Part shown: positions 11,086 to 22,921 of the stretch, one piece after another
How positions within the stretch are numbered: position 1 is the first letter of the stretch
How the letters are laid out: each line of letters begins with the position of its first letter
Source of the DNA: Antedon mediterranea
Taxonomy: Eukaryota > Animalia > Echinodermata
NCBI RefSeq assembly: GCF_964355755.1
Contig: NC_092670.1
Location: 5,570,201-5,634,200, forward strand
Direction: 5' to 3'
DNA length: 64,000 bases
Position numbers and translations under genes: made by a program
Notes under the pieces: model-generated
What the model saw: only the letters and a program-made list of their open reading frames with translations
Told to the model about the DNA's origin: nothing
Database searches by the model: none

Positions 11086-13878
11086 AATTTACCATAACAC
11101 TTGATTGTTTTTGCAATTAAATTCACGTTTTGTTTTATATGTATTGTTTCCCAATTACTTATACTTCTAACAGTTATGAAATGACACTGTCAAATGTAGC
11201 AAATCTGTCAAATAAAAACTTGATTTCCGACGAGATAACACACATTTACGTGATGCGATGTATGAAATAATATGAAGCTTCCATGCCTAGTTATTTATAA
11301 TCCGACAATTATTAGTGGAGATAATTTTAAAAACCGTTTAAAAACAGTGATTTTAAACAAGGTCGCGTTTCGGGATGCACAACGCGCGTGTCGCTTATTT
11401 ACGGAATACAATTGATATGTGCCCCATTTGCACTCATTTAATATCCTTCATTGAAATGGGACATAACTTACATAAGGTTTCGATACTATAACTAACTAAC
11501 TAAGTTTTATTATGATAAAAGAAATATAGGCCTAACTTAATATCGGTATGCACGCACATGGTTGACGTTGAGTTGTGCTAAATTACGAATAATATTATAG
11601 TATTGGAATTGATATTATCGAATGAAATTATTAAGACTAATTCATTTAAATACGTAAAATTAATCAAAGTAATATTTATTTTGAAGGATAAATATGTATA
11701 CATATATTCTTTCTATTAAAGTTAATGTTAAAACTGGTCATACAGTTATTAATTGCTGACTATTTGCCATAGTCCTACAGCGAAGCCTAAAACTTTAAAC
11801 ATTCAACTAAAATAATATGTTAATTCATTTTCGATGATTGAGTTGAGTTCAACAAAAACAAAAGATAAAACGTACTTACTGAAATATAAAATATGCTGGA
11901 ATTTCACTGGAACCGTAGGATAAAACAAACTATTTATTTTGTAAGTTTGTATGAAGCAGCAATGGTGATGGAAATTAATCTTACGTATTTATAGTTTTAA
12001 TAAGTAATTGCTTAACCAATCAAATTGTCGGAAAATGATGTAAACCTAACATCAATCAAATAAGACAGTGAATTGGTTTTTATCAACCCGGCACTTTTTT
12101 GGGCATGATTCATGGTTTCCCTTCCATTCCATATTTACATTCCTCGTGGTTTATATCATGTCCCTTATTTCCTTGTCTTCATTTTCCACATGCTCTAATC
12201 CATCATATGCCTATGTTTACATTCCAAAAAATGACACTCATGGAATCACTCTAAACTTATGAGTTGATCACTTCTTGTAATGAAATAGATGCGATTTGTA
12301 ATTATATAATAATAAAATAACATCAGTACGTATATTGTTCGTTTTACTATACTAAATCTTCAATTTTCAACTATTGTACAATTCTTGATTTAAACTGTTT
12401 TGTTTTTACTTAGATGGTCTGTGATTAGTTTTTTTTTGGTTTAAACTATACCGTACTTTATCATCTAGGGGCGTATCCGGTGGGTTGGGTGGGGGGGGGG
12501 GGGGGGGATGCTGTCGTTCCCCCTTCTTTTTTCAATAAAACAAATTGAAATTGAAATTGAAATTGAAACGGTCGGCGAATCAAAATTTCACAAACTCACA
12601 TTAAGGTTGACACCCCCACCCCTCTTTATATTCATTGTTGGCTAATCTATCATCCCTTGTCATTAATTTAGAATGTTTACACTCTTATGTTTGACAATAA
12701 AGTTGAAAGTTAAGAAAGTATTGTCATATTGATTCGAATATCAATACAGTATCAAGGGCGGGTCTACTACCTTGTCATCTGCCATTTGGCAAGTCATTTA
12801 GCGTCTCGGACGTAAATTGAATCCGCCCCTGAGTATTGTACGTTTTGTATACCATTTGTTTGAAAAAAGAATCCGTGTACTATAGTAGGCCTACAGGAAT
12901 TTTTTTGAAAATGGCCAAAATATCACCTTTTTTAAAATACAATTATTATGCGATAATATTGCCATATGCGTATATTGTGTTATCAACATGTTATAGAGCT
13001 ATAGTTGCATTCCTCTATAATATTTTTAAATAACTGGTGCAAGACATAATCTGTCAGTCCATGGCAGTATTTTAAATATTAAATGTATCATATTATTTTC
13101 ATTGACAGAATATCGTAATCCCATAAACTCGTTATGATCGATGAAATCAACGGCTAAGCTGCAACGACTTGTTGCTATTGTAATGTATCAGAGTTATATA
13201 CAATTCCAATATTTAACGTTACCACACACCAACTGAGTTCAAAAATTTTCCCCACAAAAGTCCAGTAAGAAACTGACCAGATGTTTTTCATGAATACTAC
13301 TTGTAACCAATTAGCTCTCTAAAGTAACAGTTTATCTAACCTTAGAGAACTTTCCCATCGTAAAACAATTCAAGAATGACAGTTTTTAAGTAGAGAATTG
13401 ACAACGATATCCATCATTGAGATATACAATTTTTTCAAACTACTTTGTCTTGCCTGTACCTAGATCGTGGATCAACTAGGACCAATTTTATATCTAAGCT
13501 CAAAGACGATATAATGATGACATATGCAATGAACAGAAGCCGATATACCCCCAGTCTCAACAGAGCCCAGAGACACCTCACTGAGCCACTTCATCATAGG
13601 CACACCTACAGAGACACACCTCATTCACAACATCATCATCTATCATCACCGATCGACTGATACCCTGTAGTAGTATTTATCGTATCGTATCGTATATACG
13701 AACTCAATTGCAACCAAGCGAGTAAAGTCTCAATACCGGGCTCATCAGTCTAAAACGTCTCCAATTATATTACACTATATTTAAAATTGATCCATATAAA
13801 TTTAAAAACAAATGTATGTAAAGACGCCCTTAATCTTACTCTGGCGGACACTTTAGTTAAATACGATATTAATAATAA

Positions 13879-14541
13879 TTTTCTGAGAATGCCCCAACAA
13901 CTCTCAATTCGTTGATTATGCTGACTTGTTCCTTGTATAAAACTGCTGTTCTCATTACAAAGAAATTGTTGCATTGGACCAACAATAGAATTTTCAGTTC
14001 CGAAATCTGTTCTAATAGACTTTGGACAACCCCCGGGACAACCCATATTTTTTGGCGAACAAAATTTACGTAATAGCCGGCTATAACTTTGGGACTAGCC
14101 ATATTATGTGTCTAGAGAATCCGTCATTTATACAAATGCCGTATGGCTTAAGTTTGCCGTACGACTCGATATTCCAGATATAGTTTGGGCCAGGTACATG
14201 ATAAATTCTTCTGTGTAGTCGTCGTCTCCTTCTTGCTTCGACACCCTCTGGGTCAAGAAGGTTTAAAATTATTCTGACCGTCTCTTTATCTATGTTTAAC
14301 CCATTTTGTGTGCAACGAATGTGCATCCACCTGTACCCATGTAGCATCCTTGACGTCTGTAATTGGCTTCCAGTTCGTCAGAATGCCATTTTCTTCGACT
14401 AAGGCACATTTTTTTCAGCCTTCGCTTTAATGTCCGTTTACTTATCAAAATATCATGATCTTCTGCTAACATTTCAATAATCTCTTGATAATTTAAGCTA
14501 CGATTGAAATATAATCTAATCCAATGGTTTTCAGGACGCAT
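13879..14541 (-). pseudogene. Inverted, truncated, frameshifted copy of transposase exon 1
   Basis: Reverse complement of 3211-3909 with a ~19-bp deletion after DELE, a 9-bp deletion (GCI), a deletion after IIWL, a small duplication at MGCP and WHID changed to WNIE. Ends abruptly after GILRK. Confidence 0.92.
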
Positions 14542-14606
14542 GATGACCAGATTGCATTAGCTAAAGTCATCCGGGATGGTTGGGATGTCATTAGAAAGGG
14601 CAGAGG

Positions 14607-15105
14607 TCGAATTATTAATTCGAAATAACGAATTAAAAATTTGAATTAACGAATTACTAATTTGAAATTTCGAATTACTAATTTGAAATTTCGAATTATT
14701 AATTCGAAATAACGAATTACTAATTCGAAATTTCGAATTACTAATTCGAAATTTCGAATTACTAATTCGAAATTTCGAATTATTAATTCGAAATAACGAA
14801 TTATTAATTCGAAATAACGAATTACTAATTCGAAATTACGAATTACTAATTCGAAATAACGAATTACTAATTCGAAATTTCGAATTAATAATTCGAAATT
14901 TCGAATTAATAATTCGAAATTTCGAATTAATAATTTGAAATAACGAAATAAATAATTCGAAATTTCGAATTAATAATTCGAAATTTCGAATTATTAATTC
15001 GAAATTTCGAATTATTAATTCGAAATTTCAAATTACTTAAATAAATTCGAAATAACGAATTAATAATTCGAAAAAACGAATTAATAATTCGTTATTTCGA
15101 ATTTG
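14607..15105. repeat. Right subterminal ~21-bp repeat array
   Basis: Reverse complement of the left array with fewer units (~23). Confidence 0.95.
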
Positions 15106-15269
15106 TGAAAGCAATATTATTTTTTTGTTGGCCCTAATAGGCTTTCGTACATTTTTCTTGAGGTATTGCTTGTACCATTTGTTCGTGGGTATTTGTTTTC
15201 CACTGTAATTTCGCGTCAAGTGGCGTTACTTTTGTGTTTGTAACTCCCGCAAACCGTCATATAAATCTG

Positions 15270-16560
15270 ATTACAGTATTTCTTCGTATCGTGTGTGTGA
15301 TGAAGAGGAACGCGACAGCAGCAACTGTTGCCGTGTGTTTCGAGGAACGGGTGAGTGCCTAGCCCTGGGCCTAGGCGGTAGGCCTACTAGTACTAGACTA
15401 GAGAAAGGCTTGGATGGGCAGGACTTAACGTCGAAGAAACCTAGTCTAGGCGGATCGTTTAGGCTAGGCTGTCTTTTCAATTCATTCATGGTAGTTTTTA
15501 ACTTTTGTAGTCTAGGCTAGGCCTGGTTTAAATTAATGTTAAGCCTAGCTAGCTTATACTATAGTGTAGCCCTACTAGCTAGAAATAGAAGAGTGTAGCA
15601 GTAGGCTAGTAGTAAGCCTAGATAGTAAAATAGGCCTGGCCCTAGTAGTAGTAGTAGCAGGTAGCCTACTATACTACTACTACTAGGCCTAGTACTAGGC
15701 GGGATGAAGCAAGCAAGTAAATGCTAGCTAACATTCAATTATTAATCAATGTTATACATGTACATTTTAATTTATAAATACATTTTTACAATGTAAAAAA
15801 CAGTAAAAATACTGATTACTAAAAAGTTTAACAATATTAATATTTATTTTAACTTGTTTCTTGAAAGAAAAATGTATATAAGTTAAATTTTAATATTAAT
15901 GTACTAGATACTATATCTATTTATATCATAGAAGATTAATGTGACCATTGTAGCATCTCTTTTACTGTAAATAGTGTTATAACTACCTACTACTAGACCT
16001 ATAAAATAGATTGTGAAGTAATTATTGGTCGTGTTGTATTTAAAAAAAAAAAATTAATTATGGTATAATTAATATTCATATCATCATACTCGTTAGAACA
16101 AGTGCATAGGTGTGTTATTTGTATACATGTTGCAGACTTCTATATAGAATATTTTATGATTTTTTTTCTTTTTACCATAGGGTAATACAAATCTACTGTA
16201 CCAAAACACTTTCCTGACCTTGATTGGACTTGCAGTTGATAATGCCGTAAGGACTTGTGATTTTACCCAAGAAATTTAAATACATTTTCAGGTAAATGGA
16301 TTTATAATATCAAAATGTCCTACAATAAAACCTGGTGAATAAGAATGTTTAGTTTTATTTATATGATATTAAGAGAAACTGTTGCTGATATAATACTTTT
16401 GTTTTTTGGTGCTCAATCTAGTTCCTGGTTGACATTTAATATTTGTTTGTTCTTTTTAGAGTGTATGGTAGCTGAATTATTTTGTCTTCCATAGCTTGTT
16501 GGCTCCTTAACAAACTGCAGCATCTGTTGAAAACAAATTTGCAAAGATACAAAAATATCA
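15270..16560 (+). other. Candidate spliced non-coding or 5'-UTR exons
   Basis: Strong donor CGG|GTGAGT at 15350/15351 followed by a TAGGCCTA-rich tract; exon-like 16181-16291 (polypyrimidine-CCATAG| ... CAG|GTAAAT); further acceptor at 16459; no convincing ORF. Confidence 0.35.
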
Positions 16561-16699
16561 AGGTGCAAGATGTTGTATATTTGTCTGTTACACTAGAGTA
16601 TTATTTAATCGGGTCAATTTATGTACAGTATCTTTTATTCACATATTATAAATATTAATATAACACACTATCAAGGAAAAATTATTATTATATATATTT

Positions 16700-18375
16700 T
16701 GGTTCCATGTGATGAACACTAATAAAATCAAGCTTATTTGAGCAATTGAATGCTGTTTAATTAAACAGCATTCAATTGCATAATTGCATTCAATTACGTA
16801 ATTTCTGTGATTTTCCCTGAGAGCGTGTTTTTTAATTAAACAGAATTCAATTGCTTAAATAGACTTGATTTTTCTTGTTTGAGTTTACGTTAGTTCCATG
16901 TGATGAACACTAATAATTTCATTCAATAAAATTAAATTTAAAGGTACAGTTACGTAATTTCTGTGATTTTCCTTGAGAGCGTGTTTATTTAATTAAACAG
17001 CATTCAATTGCTTAAATAGACCTGATTTTTTCTTGTTTGAGTTTACTTTAGTCCCATGTGATGAATACTAATAATTTCATTTAATAAAAATAAATTTAAA
17101 GGTACAGTTACGTAATTTATGTGATTTTTCTTGAGAGCGTGTTTTTTAATTAAACAGCATTCAATTGCTTAAATAGACCTGGTTTTTTCTTGTTTGAGTT
17201 TACTTTAGTTCTACGTGATGAACACTAATAATTTAATTCAATACAAATAAATTTAAAGGTACAGTTACGTAATTTCTGTGATTTTTCTTGAGAGCGTGTT
17301 TTTTAATTAAACAGCATTCAATTGCTTAAATAGACCTGATTTTTTCTTGTTTTAGTTTACTTTAGTTCCATGTGATGAACACTAATAATTTCATTCAATA
17401 AAATTAAATTTAAAGGTACAGTTACGTAATTTCTGTGATTTTCCTTGAGAGCGTGTTTTTTAATTAAACCGCATTCAATTGCTTAAATAGACCTGGTTTT
17501 TTCTTGTTTGAGTTTACTTTAGTTCTATGTGATGAACACTAATAATTTAATTCAATAAAAATAAATTTAAAGGTACAGTTACGTAGTTTTTGTGATTTTT
17601 CTTGAGAGCGTGTTTTTTAATTAAACAGCATTCAATTGCTTAAATAGACCTGATTTTTTTCTTTTTTTAGTTTACTTTAATTCTATGTGATGAACACTAA
17701 TAATTTAATTCAATAAAAATAAATTTAAAGGTACAGTTACGTAATTTATGTGATTTTTCTTGAGAGCGTGTTTTTTAATTAAACAGCATTCAATTGCTTA
17801 AATAGACCTGATTTTTTCTTTTTGGAGTTTACTTTAGTTCTATGTGATGAACACTAATAATTTAATTCAATAAAAATAAATTTAAAGGTACAGTTACGTA
17901 ATTTCTGTGATTTTTCTTGAGAGCGTGTTTTTTAATTAAACAGCATTCAATTGCTTAAATAGACCTGATTTTTTCTTGTTTAAGTTTACTTTAGTTCTAT
18001 GTGATGAACACTAATAATTTAATTCAATAAAAATCAATTTAAAGATACAGTTACGTTGTTTCTGTGATTTTTCTTGAGAGCGTGTTTTTTAATTAAACAG
18101 CATTCAATTGCTTAAATAGACCTGATTTTTTCTTGTTTGAGTTTACTTTAGTTCCATGTGATGAACACTAATAATTTCATTTAATAAGAATAAATTTAAA
18201 GGTACAGCATTCAATTGCTTAAATAGACTTGATTTTATCTTGTTTGACTTTACTTTAGTTCTATGTGATGAACACTAATAAATTCATTCAATAAAAATAA
18301 ATTTAAAGGTACAGTTATACAATTTCTGTGATTTTTCCCTGAGAGCGTGTTTTTTTTAGTTAAATAACATTCAAT
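16700..18375. repeat. Tandem satellite, 157-158-bp unit, ~10 copies
   Basis: GTTACG marker recurs at 16949, 17107, 17264, 17421, 17578, 17736, 17893, 18050. Confidence 0.95.
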
Positions 18376-18568
18376 TAAAATCCCCATTTTGTAACCACCA
18401 TGAGTTCGGGTCCATTTAAACAAGCTGGGCAAGCTGTAAATTGTATTAATCCACTATGTATGTATGCGTATTGTTTGTATTACATAATATGCAATAGTTT
18501 TGTAATTAATCGATACCATTAATTCCAACAAACAAATGGTAGGGCTACTTAAAATTATTTATGTGGTC

Positions 18569-19259
18569 CATAGTTACCAACCGTCTCGCATCGTTCGGGA
18601 CGGTCCCGCATTTCAAGTGATTTTAATGAAACACGCGTTTAAACCTAAGTAGGCCTATATACGATGCGTTATCATTTTTTAACACAAGTTGAGAGGAAAA
18701 TGCATTCAAATTAATTGGTATATTTTAAAAGTATAGAACATTACACGAGTAGGCCTATTTATATTATTACATCATGACACATCAATAAAATACGTAATAT
18801 CAGGGAAAGTTACAATTAATGTGTCCGTGGTCGTTCGCCGTGACGAGGATGGGCCTATAACCACTTGACGTTTGTCATAATCGCAATTACACATGACATG
18901 ATTTTGTGTGCGTTTATAAAAGGTAAACCCAATTTTCTTGCTATTGGTTGGTGGATCAGTTCAATTTTCACCCTCCAAAAAATGTTTTCTAATAAAATAA
19001 ATTCATGAATCAGCATGAAAAACGTTGAATTAACAAAAAAAAGAGTAATATACAATCTAATAATATTTGCATCGTTTACCGTACCGGAATCAAGAGGTGC
19101 CATTCATCATGAATTTTACGTGCGAGAGTAATATTTCCGGCCATAGGAGAGTGCCAGTGAACTAAATTTGTTTTCGTCGCAAGTCGCCACGAGGGGGTGG
19201 GGGCTGTAAATACTTTGTGTCCGATCACGCATTTTAAATCTCTCAGGTTGGTAAGTATG
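18569..19259. mobile_element. MITE with 6-bp TSD (hAT-like ends)
   Basis: CATAGTTACCAAC ... GTTGGTAAGTATG flanked by GTGGTC at 18563-18568 and 19260-19265. Confidence 0.7.
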
Positions 19260-20017
19260 GTGGTCATCGTTAAATTGGCTGTTATTACAACAATTAAATA
19301 CTTTTAAGTATTTAATTGTTGTATTAAAATAAGTACAACAAAACAAACTCGCTTTAAAAATAACAAAAATTGCATATTTAACTTGGGACTTTTTTTATGT
19401 TTAATTTTAGGTTTGTTATATTGGAACAAAATTAGAGCAATAAAAAGAGCATGTTAAAAAGATGAATCTGAAACTTAAATTGAATTAAAACCGATTTTCT
19501 TAATAATCATACTTAGAGATGCAAATCATCAAAATAATATTTATATGAAATTTAAACACTTTAATAGCCTATGCATGTACGCCTGTGCCATGTTATGCTT
19601 TAAAAAAATTATCTAGTATAGTATGACCCGTGCCGGGTATTTTCTTTTTAATACCGTCGATGGAAAATTGCCTTGATCATTTTGAATTTATATCTCCATA
19701 TTTTGACCTCGTGTTATTTCTTGTATACGGCAATTGAAATAAAACCTTAAATCATACTTCAAAAATACACCGTAATTTATAAAAGTAGAAATGTGAAAGA
19801 AAACACGAGAGAGAAAAGAAAACAAACTTTACAGTAGGTTTCTACAATATACAGCAAATAGTATCTTTGAATACAGTTAAAATTCCACGGAATAAAATAT
19901 ATAGAGGGCAGCAATCAGGAAATCGTTTGTATATACCTGCAGTTTTTCAATATTTATTATAAATTTGACCGCAATTACCCACAGTAAAATGGAATAGCCC
20001 GTGCTATTCTTTAACAG

Positions 20018-20251
20018 GCAATACCTCAAGACAAATACAATATATTATGTATGCCTCACTCTCAGCGACGTGCTGCAGCAAACCGCAATTGATTTGAGGA
20101 AATAATTTGGAAATTCCCAAACGAACAAAACAGCAATAAAACTGACGTCGAAACTCTTCACATGACACATATCATGATCCCATTTTCCAAAATAAAATGA
20201 CGAAACACCTTTTTTTCTCTTGCCTCTAGTTCACCATCGTCCATACAGCAG
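20018..20251 (+). promoter_or_regulatory. Probable promoter and non-coding first exon of the helicase gene
   Basis: CpG-containing patch with TGACGTC, donor CAG|GTAGGT at 20251/20252 followed by a TAGGCCTA-rich tract; matching acceptor at 22913 just before ATG 22922. Confidence 0.45.
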
Positions 20252-21504
20252 GTAGGTTGATAATACTAATACAAAACAAGTTTTTAGCCCACGTTACCTA
20301 GCCTTTAAACTGTTATCGATTTAGTACTAGCCTAGCTAGTAGGAGGCTAGGCTAGGCCTAGGCAAGTTAGAATGGTATTGGTAGGCCTGGGCTATGTAAC
20401 ATTATTTAGGCTAGGCCTAGCTTGGTGCTGAGTGCTGATAGCATTACTATTCTAGCCTAGCCTAATACTAATAATAACAGTAGGGGCTTACAATGTTTTG
20501 TGTTTATATTTATGATTATTTTGTGTTCAACAAATTGCGCAAATCATTTAAATTGCGAATGACAAACAAATTGCCATATACTGTACCTATTATTCCTCCA
20601 GTTGAACACCAGTTGGAAAGGCCAGTTTCCAAACCAACTGATATGTTTCGCAGATTTTGTAAATTTTTTTCCCAGTTTACGGTCTTTTGCGGCACCTCCA
20701 AATCTGGTGACGCCAAGGAGACCGGCGTTTTCCCTTTTATTACGGACACAGTATCGTGTGTAAACAACATGCAACATAACATGCAAAAATAAGAATTACA
20801 ACCATGAATGAGAAAATTTGAAAAAATTGCAACTCTGTGACTGGAAATTGCACTCATCACTACAGTTATACAAGTGATATTTTATGTTAAAAAAGGTCAA
20901 ATTGATTATATAAATTAAAATAAAATTTTTTTAATTTCTGAGAATAAAATTGAATTTTTTGACACTTATCTTTTCTTGTTTTTTTTTTCCAATTTCAAAT
21001 TATTACCTCAGTAGATAGATTTCCCCATTCTTATTTTCCCTTCATAAAAAACACAAAATATTAATTTTTTAAAGAAAATGTTATTATATTCTAATACAAA
21101 CATGAGAATAACATTATTATATGTATAAGTTTATATCAAGTAGAAATATTTGAATTCGTAATTCTTTTCAAAAAAATAATTAATTAGCGAAACTTACCTG
21201 ATTGATAGTTTTGTGCTGAGGAAATGAAAGGAAAACTGTCAAGCAGGTTAGTTTCGCTAATTTGTTTATAGTTTTTTTATAAGAGTTACTTATTTAAGGG
21301 ATTTTTTTTAATTCCTATAATGAAACCATTTAAAGCATCAGTTATTGCATAACATATACTGTCTTAGGATAAGTTGTGTAATATGTATTTTGATTGAAAC
21401 ATTAGTAATTAATAGTATTTTGGTCATCTTTTTATAACCAAATTTCTATTATAATGAATACAGTATAAATATGTGTATTTCGAATAATTTGATACCAAAT
21501 TTAA

Positions 21505-22055
21505 AGATGTATTGTCCCTTGAAACACAAAAAATGAAAAAAAAAATATTCTAAATTTAAATTGGCCATATCAAAGTAATATTAAAGTTATTCACTTTAAG
21601 TCGAAAATTCGAGCCAAAAACAACAGTTTACGTAATGAACAGGTAAATTAATTAGATTACATTTCGTCTGAGAAATCGTCGCAAGCGAAAGTAAACAAAG
21701 ATTTCAAACCATGAGTATGCATTATGCATGATGCTAATTAGGATTGTTTACAACTCATCACGGTTGAGAAGGTGTTTTCACACAGATCGCGAGGAAGTTT
21801 TATGATTATGCATACAGAGTAGCCAAACAAGCGCGTTGCATTATGGGATATGTTTTGATTGAAAACTTTGACTGGAAGTCAAAGTTATTTTTTGAACAAC
21901 AAAACATCTGTATTTCGGTTAAATTATTTTTTTTTTTACTAATTTTTGGTGAAAGTTAATAGGCTAACTATTATGATACTTCAAAATGACCCACTTTTTT
22001 TCGAAATTTAAAAAAAAAATTTTTTTTGGGAATTAGTCAAAGGGACAATACATCT
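21505..22055. mobile_element. TTAA-targeting MITE (Kolobok-like)
   Basis: TTAA|AGATGTATTGTCCCTT ... AAGGGACAATACATCT|TTAA. Confidence 0.85.
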
Positions 22056-22921
22056 TTAAGTATCTACGTCCAGTACTTACAGAGATATGATGATGCCATG
22101 GTATGTGGGTCAAAGGTCAGAAATGACATTTATGATTTTTTACTAAAATTCTCTATTAGACTTAATATGAATGCATGCCTTCTGAACATTTTGAGACCAA
22201 AATTGACTTGCTGTGACTAGTGGTTGCCGAGATACAAGTACCTAATTATATTTGTTTATATAACCCTTGACCCTGACCCTTTGTAACATTTTTCAAAATG
22301 TGTAACAAATAACAAAATATATATTTCGAACAATTTAAGACCAAATTCAAGTGTCTACGACCAGTAGTAGTTACGGAGATACATACAGGCCCTGGGTCAG
22401 AAATGGCATTTGCAGTCATTTTTGACTAAAATTTCCCATTAGACTGAATATAAATATATACCTTTTGATCAATTTGAGATTACCTCACTGTGACCAGTGG
22501 TTGTCGAGATTTAAGAATCTATTGAGTGTTTGGTCTTACAACCTTTCACCCTGACCTTTTGACCTTTTGCCACATTTTCAAAATGTGTAACCAAGCCAAA
22601 AAAGATTGTTTGACAACCCTAAACCAATATCTGAAGTCAAATTCTCTGGACCTCAAAGTGCATACGAAAGTTGATCTAGCTACTAGAGTAATTCATGAAT
22701 ATCCAAAACCAGATGAACATTTTTAATCAAGTAGAAATATAGTTTGAAATAATTTTTGATTTAGCTTAAACTTGTGTTCAGAATTCAGGATATTTTGTTT
22801 AAAAATTATATGTGAAAAGTACTGTAAAATGTATATGTAATGTAAAAAAGTAAAAACTATCCATTATGTTTATAATTTATTAAGCTTTTTTTATTCTTTT
22901 TTTTTTATCTTAGATTAGGAG

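Larger units (their letters stand above)
2435..15149. mobile_element. IS3EU-like DNA transposon, 12.7 kb, carrying a DDE transposase and a HECT E3 ligase gene
   Basis: Ends TACGAAAGCCTATTAGGGCCAAC...GTTGGCCCTAATAGGCTTTCGTA; 6-bp TSD CATTTT at 2429-2434 and 15150-15155; inverted arms 2435-3909 and 13879-15149. TAY..RTA ends, a 6-bp TSD and two genes match my recollection of the IS3EU superfamily description. Confidence 0.9.

Noticed and set aside
16700-18375. 157-bp repeats as CRISPR or RNA gene array
   Set aside because: Whole units are repeated with no variable spacers and no tRNA or 5S features.
20493-20860. Overlapping 80-114-aa ORFs upstream of the helicase
   Set aside because: No recognisable motifs; lies in the probable first intron and looks repeat-derived.
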